Below, one piece after another: positions 13,820 to 24,940 of a stretch of DNA of 64,000 nt. The stretch's first letter is position 1; each line of letters begins with the position of its first letter. Both the position numbers and the translations under genes were made by a program. Source of the stretch: the human T2T-CHM13v2.0 reference genome, Homo sapiens; the NCBI RefSeq assembly GCF_009914755.1, contig NC_060940.1. The stretch is one strand, 5' to 3'. The notes beneath the pieces were generated by a model. It worked only from the letters and a program-made list of their open reading frames with translations, did no database searches and was not told where the DNA came from.

Positions 13820-14385
13820 CTTCTTACACGAGCCACCCGCATCTCTGGCCTGGACCATAGTCATACCTTCTACCCGCCTCCCTGTTTCCTCTGGGCTCCA
13901 TACAAGAGCCACAGACATCCTTTAAATGGCTCAGGCACAGCATGGGTCTCCAGCTCTTGGAGAGTAAGATCTAGACTGCTATGGCTCCACATTTCCAGTG
14001 TCTTCCCTGGCCTCCTTTCTGCCCCCATCTCCTGCCACTGTGGCCTCATTCCCTCCATTCAGAACCCACACTCCTATCCCTTTTGCCTAGAATGCTCCTC
14101 CTCAGATGCCCACCTGGCTCCCTACTTCTCTGCTCTAAGCATGTCCTCATCAAAGAGGCCTTCCCTGACCAACCAGTACAGTGGCATCCTATCTCTATCA
14201 TTCACTCGACTTTATTTTTTAAAAGTAACATTGCTGTTTGACTTTCCATAGACGTAAAAGTTAATTTGTTCATTACCTGACTTTAGAACATCTGCTCTAG
14301 GAGGGCAGAAACTTTGTTTTTGTTTTATTCCTAGAGGAGTCCTTAGCACATGTTAGGTACTCGATAAACATGTGTAGAATGAATT
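13820..14385 (+). mobile_element. LINE-2 3' fragment
   Basis: gcctagaatgctcctcc...gaggccttccctgacc...gagggcagaaactttg...agcacatgttaggtactcgataaacatgtgtagaatgaat; accounts for ORF 13730-14251. Confidence 0.7.
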
Positions 14386-14571
14386 GTCAGACAAGAATAA
14401 AAATAAAAACTACTCTTGCTCCAACTCTGCCACTATTTATTGAATGCGTACCATTTACTAGGCACAAAACTGACGTGCTATCTATTCACTCACCTGTGCA
14501 TATTATGTCATTTAATCCTAACTGCTACTGCCCCTAGGTAAGACTGTAAAAAATAAGCACAATAATAATAA

Positions 14572-14866
<295 letters not shown>

Positions 14867-15364
14867 CACAATAATAATTATGATAGCTAATATTTATCAA
14901 ACATGCTACATGCCAGACAATGTGTATTTTATAGCAGCTTCTTGAATCCTTACAGCAATGTCATGAGCGCAGTACTATTACAAGTCTCCTTTGATGGAGG
15001 AGTAAACTGAGGCACAGTCTGACGAACAACCAGCCTACACAAGAGGAAAGCAGTGAAGTTAGGCTTTGAGGGTGACTAAGCCTGTCTCCAAAGCCAGCAC
15101 TATTTCTACTACCCTTTACTACCTGGAAGGGAAGTAGTTTGCCCAAGGTCACCTGCCCCACAGTTCTCCAAGCTGGGATTCACAGCCAGGTGCTGCTGAC
15201 TTTAAAGTCCATGGTGTCTTTTTGCACGTCACTGCCCAGCTCACCCCCTGTCTCCGGGCCACTGGCAGCTGGACTGGCGCACAGCAGGTGCTCCCCCAGT
15301 GCTAGGTGGATGAGTCAGGAATAGCCTGAAGAGAGTCAGCATAAGGATAGGCGCTGCAGTCCTC

Positions 15365-15442
15365 ATTTCCCATCTCAGCGGGAGATGGTGGTCCTGGCTC
15401 TGGATTTCCCATCTCAGCGGGTGATGGCGGTCCTGGCTCTGG
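15365..15442. repeat. 39-bp tandem duplication, 2 copies
   Basis: atttcccatctcagcggg(a/t)gatgg(t/c)ggtcctggctctgg twice. Confidence 0.95.
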
Positions 15443-15931
15443 ACTGCGTTGTCTCTTTGGCTCGCTGGACCAGAAGAACTTTGCTGCTGTATCACTTGGG
15501 GCTCAGCCATGAGTCCCTTCCAGATGAGGCCTGTTTGCCTTTGTGGATCTGACCCCACCTGAGCTCAGACTCTGGGATCAGGGGTGGGTTAATCGGAATC
15601 CTACTCTCTCTGCCTGTCAGAAGTAGTCAGGAGATTATAGGGGACTTTGCAGGGGAGAGTTCTGTAAAAAGTCAGTGGGGCAGACCAAAGAGGACATGAC
15701 AACAGGCCAAAACGATACGACGGACCATGTCAGCGGCCCTGAGGAGGTGCCCATAGGATGTGCCAACACGATTACCCAAGACCCCAGGAGGCATTTATGT
15801 CAATTTTATTTCCATGATTTTGCTAGGTGGACAAAAAGGCAGAAAATTCTATTAAAATTTGATACTGAGTTACATTTTTTAAGACATGGGAATCTTTATG
15901 CGTAATGATGAGAATAAGAAAAGAAGAGACA

Positions 15932-16242
15932 ATCTAACGCTGGATCCCAACATCTCTCCTGGATCTAGTGATATCACCACACGCGGAAACCTATCTGATG
16001 CCAGATCCCAACACCTCACCTGGATCTGGTGATATCACCACATGCAGAAACCTATCTGATGCTGGATCCCAGCATCTCACCTGGATCTGGTAATATCATC
16101 ACACACGGAAACCTATCTGATGCCGGATCCCAACACCTCACCTGGATCTGGTGATACCACCACATGCAGAAACCTATCTGATGCCGGATCGCAGCATCTC
16201 ACCTGGATCTGGTGATATACCCACGTGTGGAAACCTATCTGA
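15932..16242. repeat. 61-bp minisatellite (VNTR-like), 5 copies plus a partial
   Basis: Units start at 15932, 15993, 16054, 16115 and 16176; consensus atctgatgccggatcccaacatctcacctggatctggtgatatcaccacatgcggaaacct. Confidence 0.95.
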
Positions 16243-16685
16243 GAGCTTTCTTAGGAGCATGCTTTCCCATGAGACATCTCACTGTCTGAATGACTTACTC
16301 CTAATTCATATGAAACAAACACAGATAGGACAAGCACTAAATGTGAGACAAACATCGGATGCAGCACATGCTCAAGAGAAGTAACTTCATTTGTTCACCA
16401 AAGACACATTCAAGAACGTTCATAGCAGCTTTATTCCTAAAGCTGAGAACAGAAGACAACCCAAGTGTCTGTCAACAGGTGACTAGGAAAACACACTGGG
16501 CTGCAGTCGTGCAATGGACTATTGCACAGCGACGGCAAAGAAGGGCTGCTGAGTCATGCAAAAACATGGTCAAAGCGTCCAGACCCTGCAGCGCACCAGG
16601 AGCTAGAAGCAAACGAATCCACACCGTACAGTCCCATGTGCGCGCTGTGCAAGGCCAGGGAGGGTGACAGAAGTCAGAACAGCGG

Positions 16686-16704
16686 TCACCTCTAGGGGGC
16701 GCTG
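16686..16704 (+). promoter_or_regulatory. Candidate CTCF binding site
   Basis: tcaCCTCTAGGGGGCGCTG closely matches the CTCF core CCNSYAGRKGGCGC. Confidence 0.65.
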
Positions 16705-16807
16705 ACTGAGATTGTGCCCGAGGGACCTTTCTGGGAGCTGGAAATGTTCTATATCTTGACCAAGGAGGTGGTTACATGGGTGTAGACATGGAATAATTCA
16801 TTGATCT

Positions 16808-16984
16808 TAGGATTGTATGATTAATTTGCAAGACCCAATGCAAAATGAAAACGAGGGGTCTCTTGCTAAAAAATTCTTAGGACTTTCAGGATAGCAACAG
16901 CAGAGCATTCAATGAAAAGCAGGCCCTTCTAAGTGTGGGGCCCTGCATTGTTGTACAGAGCCCATACCCATGAAGCTGGGCCTG
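16808..16984 (-). mobile_element. MER91-like (hAT-Tip100) MITE
   Basis: Ends ggggccctgcattgttgtacagagcccatacccatgaagctgggcctg, the reverse of the recalled MER91A start. Confidence 0.65.
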
Positions 16985-17106
16985 GTTAAGCTGAGCACTC
17001 GAGGTTAGTGCACTTTATAGGAGTAAAGTAATGTGTCCCAGGCAGGGAGAAAGGATCAGTAGTGAGTTTCCATGCAGGGCAAATTTGGCAGTTATACGTC
17101 AATAAA

Positions 17107-17152
17107 GTGTGTGTGTGTGTGTGTGTATGTGTGTGTGTGTGTGTGTGTGTGT
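17107..17152. repeat. (TG)n microsatellite
   Basis: Seen directly; one interruption. Confidence 0.95.
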
Positions 17153-17170
17153 TTAAAGAACATACATAGA

Positions 17171-17500
<330 letters not shown>

Positions 17501-19555
17501 TCAATCATATTTTGGGGGCTGTTGGAGAAGGGGTGATTTTTAATGAAGGATATCTCTTCAAATCATTCTTTATGCAATTTCTATTTGACTTAACTGTGCT
17601 TACTTCCTCGTACTATGGCCGACCAGCCTGCAGAGAGCTTGTTAAACTGGCTTCTTCGAAGAAGAAGAGCTAAGTCAAGCTGAAATGTGCATTTGAAATT
17701 TATATTTGTAATCAATTCAATTAAGCTTCAGAAAGACCAGGGGGGACAGGAAGGACCCTCTCCAGTGTGTCCTACAGAAATGGCATGGGTAGGAACGGTG
17801 ATGTTTCAGTCCAGCTGGACTTTCCAGAGGCAGGTCGGGGGTCAGCCACAGAAAGTCTGTGAGACAGAGCAGAGAAGCAGGCAGGGACCCCCAAGGGGAA
17901 GGGAGGCAGTGATGTGTCCCAGGCAGGGAAGAAGGATCATTAATGAGTTTCCATGAAGGGCAAATTCAGCAGCCAGGAACCTGCTGCTGGGGCCGGGAAT
18001 CAGGAAGCGGACACCCACAAACTAGGATGGGTCTTGGCTGCTGGCTCCAACTCTGGTTGGTGATTTTCTTCTCTCTCTTAAGTTTTATGTTCCCTTTTGC
18101 TCAGAGGGGACAAGAGGCAGGGGCGAAGAGACAGCCCGGTGAGGTTGCACCTGCCAGGGAAGAGCCAGAGTTTGACCAGGACTCCTGCACTGAGCATGTT
18201 TAGAAATAGACAATTCCCAGAGTCCAGCCAGGTTGAGAGCCCAGCTTCTGGGGATGTGGGACGGAGTGATCCTAGCTGCAAAGACACCACAGGGCTGGGC
18301 TCAGGGCAGAAGCTAGGGCTATGGAGTGAGGGAACTAGGCTCAAATCTCTCACCCTTTCCCCATCCTTTACCCAGCTCTCCAAGGTCATGAGCAGTGTAA
18401 GCTGAAACATGAGGTTAAAGTCTGTAAGCTTCAGGTGTCTCATCTAAAAGTGAGAATCGTAGTAATGAATAACACTTGCTCCACTACTTGTCACATGGCA
18501 GCATTACATAAATGCATTATAGACACAGCTTCTTTTGAGCTTCACAACCAACGCACAAGGGAATACTGTTATGATCATCCTCATTTTGTAAAGGAGCGAA
18601 CCAAGGCACAGAAAGTTTAAGCAACTTGCCCAAGGTCACATAGCCAGTAAAGAACAGAGCCAGGGTTTGAACCAAGGTAGCTTCACTGGCAAATCTGTGT
18701 TCCTAATTATTCTATTAGCTTCTTCAGGGATGCTGGGAGGAAAACAGTCAGAAATCCTAAATAAAATTGCCTAGAATGTGGTGGATACTCAACACATTTA
18801 GCTTCATTGTCCTATTTTCTTCTATTCCTCATTTCTCTGAAGCTCAGTGGCACTGTCCTATCATTTAACCATTCCAGTTCAGTGTTTGGTTAAGAAGGGA
18901 CAACACAGGAAGGTTAAATAATTGGCCCAAGGTCACAAAGCTGAGAACATAGTCAAGCATTTCTTATTTTACTCCAGGGAGTTTCATGACTTTTTACTTG
19001 GGCACATGAGTCATGCATTTTGCATTTTCTTTTCTTCTGTAATTTGGTGAGGATTTTTCTCTTTTTCAAGTTTGGAGAAGGGGACCACCTTCTGGAGCTA
19101 CAAATTAATGAATGCAGACATAATCCTGGTTTGGATTTATTTACATCTTCCATAAATCATATTTATTGAGTGCCTGGGGTGTACAAGACGTTGTGAGAGG
19201 TTCCACACGTTAAAGCAAGGAAAAAATAAACATTTCAGACACTTGGTGTATACTGCAGACTACTTAAATATCCAAAGGCATCAAATAAATCATCAGACTG
19301 TTTAGAAATAGGCTCTGGCATGCTCCCTGCAAACCTTCATACAAAACCCTGCAATTGTGCAATAAGGGCTAAGGACTGGTCGCCGCACAGCACTGGAAAT
19401 ATTTGTTAAGACGAGTGAGTGGGTCATAGGTCCCTGGATTCATTCATGTTTCTAAGTTTGTGGATACCGTGGCCTCCTTCACAATCTCTCTACTCAGACT
19501 ACCATCTTCTTCAGATCAGCAATGAAAAGAAATGCACCCATAAAACACAGAGAGC

Positions 19556-19860
<305 letters not shown>

Positions 19861-20219
19861 CAAAGACAGCATACCATTTGCAAGCAAGCTGACCCAACCC
19901 AGAAACCATCTCCATCGTCTTTAAACATGTCAAACATGATTGTTAGGGGTGAAAGCAGCAGGTGCTCACACACACAAACACAATACATATACACACAAGC
20001 ACACGTGTGCACCTTATCTCTTTCTCAGCATAGTGGCAGGATCACAGAAGATCCTATCGGACAGTGCTCTGTAAACTATAAAACCCTTCTATGCACACAC
20101 AAGGCTACTATGCCACACTGTAAGTTCCAAGTAAATGGAATCGTGGCTTTTCCTCAATTTAAATTTCCAGTGGATGGGAAACTACTTACTTCTGATGCCT
20201 GTCTTGTAGCTTAGCAGCC

Positions 20220-20695
20220 GTTCATTCCTTCTTGTATGCACTTCAGATTGAATGGGCACCAGCTTTGTGTCAGGCCCTGTGCTAGGCACTTGGGAGATGG
20301 AAATAAATAGGACGAGTCCCTGTCTTTGAGGAGCCCATAGTCCAATGGGGAAAAACACACAAAACATACACGCAAGTCAGCAATTCTAGTCTAGTGGTGT
20401 AGTCTTCAGCAGGGCCGACTTTGCAATCACAGTTTGCAACAGTGAAATGCATATATGGAGACAAGGGCCAGGCCGACAGGGGAACCCATGATACGTGTGG
20501 AAGAATTGCAGGTCTTCCAAGAAATTGCGTGAGGTCTGAGTGAAGGTCAGGGAGGCATTTAGGGGCTAAATCACAGATGACTTTATATGCTAAGTCACAG
20601 AGTGAGATCTCTACCTTGAAAGTGATGGGGAGATATCAAGTATTATTCTGTAAGGGAGTGACAGTATCAGATTTGCTTTTTAGAAATGTCTCTTT
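20220..20695 (-). mobile_element. LINE-2 fragment
   Basis: ttcattcc...gaatgggcaccagctttgtgtcaggccctgtgctaggcacttgggaga...agggagtgacagtatcagatttgctttttagaaa. Confidence 0.65.
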
Positions 20696-21139
20696 TCTAT
20701 CATTTTTAAAGATTTTCTACACTTTTGGGAGCAGAATGAAGGCTTCAGCAACAATCTACTATGCTTTAGGCAAATCTCGCGGTTAAAGATATCCAATGAG
20801 AACAATTTTCAAGCCAAAAAGAACAATCGTGTTGAAAACGTACAAGGTTACAGAAGCAAAATACTTTTTAGAAATTTTCAAGGTTTAGGATGACAGAAGA
20901 GAATAAACAAAAGAGTTGAGGAAGAAAAAAAATGGGAGAGAGATGGACAGGAGGGAGAAAAGAGGGAGAGAGGGAAGATACAGGCTTTATAATCTATACA
21001 CTCGCGACACTTCACTTGGCTCCTTGCTAAGGACATAAATATGCATCAGTTGCTTACCCCATCCGAGCCTCAGTTTTCTTGTTTAAGAAAAGGGGAAATC
21101 CTAATTTCTCAAAGGGTTAGTGTGGGTGAGCTGTCCACC

Positions 21140-21895
<756 letters not shown>

Positions 21896-22241
21896 ATACA
21901 TTAATATCAGTCATATAGTGTGTAAAAAATAACAATATTATTTGTTATTCCTTGTTTGTTGTTAGTGTAATAAACACCATAGAAAGGGAGAATGCAGTAC
22001 ACCAGCTTTGCAATTACTTTTTACACAAAAGAAACAAAGTACAATTTCAAGATGATTACTTTTCACCAGTCTTTAAAAGAAACTTTTAATCAGCCAGCCC
22101 CTTAACAAGATTATCTCTTTGAGGTAAAGCAAAGCCAACACTGGATTTCTTGTCTCCCCTTCTCCGCTAAAAGCATCCTGCCAAGTTCTAACTGCCATTA
22201 TTTAGCAAGTTCTTCAATTTAAAAAGTTACCATCTACTCAC

Positions 22242-22349
22242 CGTCCTGGCAAAGCTGTCAGTTGCTGAGAAATGGAACACAGCCAACTGATTAGTTTTGA
22301 TGGACTGCAGCGTGGAAATCCAGTCTGTGTCACTAAAGTGCCTGTTCAT
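22242..22349 (-). CDS. Candidate alternative first coding exon, MNRHFSDTDWISTLQSIKTNQLAVFHFSATDSFART, host gene unknown
   Basis: Non-repetitive; ATG at 22349 opens 36 stop-free codons ending at donor ACG|GTGAGT (phase 0). Weak Kozak context; no homology recognised. Confidence 0.3.
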
Positions 22350-22658
22350 CCAATTAACCAAATTACTACGGGGAACTCTAGCCAAGTGCAATACTTAGTG
22401 GACGGCTGTTCCGGGAGGTCAGGGACGGAGGAGGAGGTGATTTTATCAAATACCTGCCCCTCCTTCCCTGTCTTTGGTCCAAAAAGAGTGTTAAGCAGAG
22501 ATAACAGGAGAGCAGCACCTTCTCTACCTCTTCCTGCCTGCCTTCAACACTTTGGTGTCTCTTCAAAAAGATGCCTTGTTATTATTGTCACGATGATGAT
22601 GATGAGCAGCAGTATTGTTATTTTTAATTTAGTCATGTAACACAGGCTTTTAAAGCAC

Positions 22659-22751
22659 CTACTTTATTCTCTGCTATATTCCCAGTGCCTGGCATAAGAA
22701 CATAGGTATTCCCAGTGCCTGGCACTGGGAATATAGCAGAGAACAAAGTAG
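22659..22751. repeat. Near-perfect inverted repeat (31-bp arms) with nested palindrome, L2-derived
   Basis: ctactttattctctgctatattcccagtgcc (22659-22689) pairs with ggcactgggaatatagcagagaacaaagtag (22721-22751), 1 mismatch. Confidence 0.95.
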
Positions 22752-22807
22752 TCAAGGCCATGCCTTTCTGGAATTTGCATTCTAGCAGGGACAGAAAAAC
22801 AGCCAAC

Positions 22808-23135
22808 AGCAAAATTTTTCACACTTGCCACTCCACTGTTGGCATTTGGGATCAGATAATTCTTTGTGGTGGGACATTTAGGAGCTAAATCTCAGACAAC
22901 TTTATATGCAAATCCACAGAGTGGGATCTCTACCTGGAAAGTGATAGGGAGACATCGAGTATCTTGCTCATTGTAGGGTGGGGAGCAGCATCCCTGGCCT
23001 TGACCTCCTAGATGCCAGTAGCCCATCAGCCACCGCTCCTGAGTTGTGATGACTAAAAATGTCTTCAGGCATTGCTAGATGTCCCCTGGGAAGCAAATCG
23101 CCCCCTCATTCCCCATCTTCCATTGGGAACTACTA
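22808..23135 (-). mobile_element. MER20 (hAT-Charlie) interrupted by an 88-bp insert
   Basis: catttggggatcagataattctttgtggtggg [insert] cattgtaggg...agcagcatccctggcc...tagatgccagtagc...aaaatgtcttcaggcattgctagatgtcccctggg. Confidence 0.85.
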
Positions 23136-23654
23136 TTCAACCATTAGGCAAATAACTAAATTGCTAAGTGGGTATGATACACATTAAAATCGATAGAAAC
23201 AGGATAGCAAGACAGAGGAAGATGGGTGGTCAGGTGACATTTAAGATGGGACCTCAAGATGAAGAGGGACCAGCTATGCAAAGAGCTGGAGAAGAGCCTT
23301 CCAGGCAGAGGGACAAAGGGACCAAGGCCTGCAGCATGGAAGGAGGCCGGAAGCAGGAAGAACCAGGTGTGATGGAGCAGAGTGTAGGGGCAGGTGTGGG
23401 CACACAGTGGGCTGGCAGAAGAACATAGGTACAGGTTCTGGGTCTTGTCAACAAGATAAGGAGTTTGGATTTTATTTTAAGCACAAGAAGGAGAGACAAT
23501 GTAGTGTGGGTAGGTGCTGGAGCCAGATGGCCTGTACCTCAGTTTCTCCATCTATATCACAGGGACAGCAAAAGCACCTGTCTTGTATAGCGCTATGGTG
23601 AGAATTAAATGAGCTCATGCTGTGAAGTGGAACCCCCAGCTTGGTACGGAAGCT

Positions 23655-23888
23655 CAGTGGCTACTCAGCGGGCTACTGGAACCAGCTCCTGAGAGCTGAC
23701 TTCATGCATCTCTTCTCAACTCACACCTCTTTGGTATCTCTTCTCAACTCACACCTCTTTGGTAGATTGATTTGAAATTAGCCACAGTGGAATATTTACA
23801 TTACAGGAATTGGCAGATGCTAGAAATCAGGGTTCTTCCCCACCCCTGGAGTGACTATATAGTTCAGCATTTTCTAGCACACTGCTGG
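23655..23888 (+). mobile_element. MER63 (hAT-Blackjack) with an internal 28-bp tandem duplication at 23708-23763
   Basis: gagagctgac...catctcttctcaactc...ttgaaattagccacagtggaatatttaca...ggaattggcagatgctagaaatcaggg...ctagcacactgctg. Confidence 0.7.
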
Positions 23889-24792
23889 TCATCAGCTATT
23901 ATTATTAGGTTGGCTATTGAAGACTTTTGAGTAGAGCAGCGTCATGACTTTATTTACATTTTAACAATATAACTCTGGCTTTGGTGCACAGAGTGGATTG
24001 CAAGGTTGAAGGAGGAGTGGAAGCAGAGAGATCAGTGAGCAGGCTGTGGCAGTCATAAAGCCAAGAGATGGCCACTCCCATCAGATGCTGATGGGTGACT
24101 TGGAGAGTTGAGACTCATCCTGCAGAGAAAGTGATAAACTTGCTGGTGGATTGGATGTGGCAGAATGAACAGAACAGGGATGATGTTTGTGCACTTAGCA
24201 GCCAGATGGAAAGTGATGTGATCTCTCAACCACTGCTACTGCTGCTGCTACAACTATTATGAACAACAACAAAATTTATGATTGCCTTTGATTAAGCACC
24301 TACACACTGATTATAGATAACATCCACTTATTTCTTTGATCTTCAAAACACCGTGAGAAAACTACAGTTAGAGTTAGCCCCATTTTGGGTATGTAACACC
24401 GAATCTCAGAGAAGTTCAGGGACTTGCCCAAAGTCACCCGGCAGGTAGGTGGCACACCCGGGGTCCCAATCAGCTCTCTCCCACTTGGAAGCCCATTCCC
24501 ACCACACAGCCTGCTTCACTTTCTTTCTATCTTGAATCTGCTCTACAAGTGCCCCTTGCCAAGAAAGAGGGCCCTCGTTGCTCTCCAGCGTCTTTGGGGT
24601 TCACATCCAGGTGTGTCTTCACAGTGTTGCATAAGTAAAGACATCCAAGAGGGGCTGCAGCATGAGGCAGTTAAAGGGGCTTGAATCTTGGACCCCCACT
24701 TTTTAACACTTCTCCAAAACTTTCTGAGCCTTTTTTTCTTTTATCAGATTTGTAAGGATTCCAAGAGGTGGCCCTAAATTTCCTGGGCAGGT

Positions 24793-24940
24793 AATCATTA
24801 TCAACATCATCCCAATCATCACCGTCACCATCTCCATTACCATCACCATCACCATCACTGTCACCATCACCATCATCATCATTGTCACCATCACCATCAC
24901 CACCACTGTCACCATTACCGTCACCATCACCATCATCATA
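24793..24940. repeat. (ACCATC)n/(CAT)n low-complexity repeat
   Basis: Seen directly; explains the M/V/T-rich ORF. Confidence 0.9.

Larger units (their letters stand above)
16385..17106 (+). mobile_element. Old L1M (L1ME-like) 3' end, interrupted by MER91 and a 65-bp insert
   Basis: caagaacgttcatagcagctttattc...caacccaagtgtctgtcaacag...gaagtcagaacagcggtcacctct...ggaaatgttctatatcttga...gtggttacatgggtgta...gttatacgtcaataaa. Confidence 0.75.

Noticed and set aside
13730-14251. 173-aa ORF
   Set aside because: Overlies MIR/L2-derived sequence, starts at TTG, and has no recognisable domain or splice support
15932-16242. CRISPR-like array (regular repeats with a palindrome)
   Set aside because: Units are similar along their whole length with no unique spacers, there are no cas genes, and the context is primate; it is a minisatellite
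24703-24939. Low-complexity ORFs (poly-M/V/T here; poly-H, poly-C/N/T and HT-rich at 57.6, 39.4 and 38.2 kb)
   Set aside because: Direct translations of simple repeats
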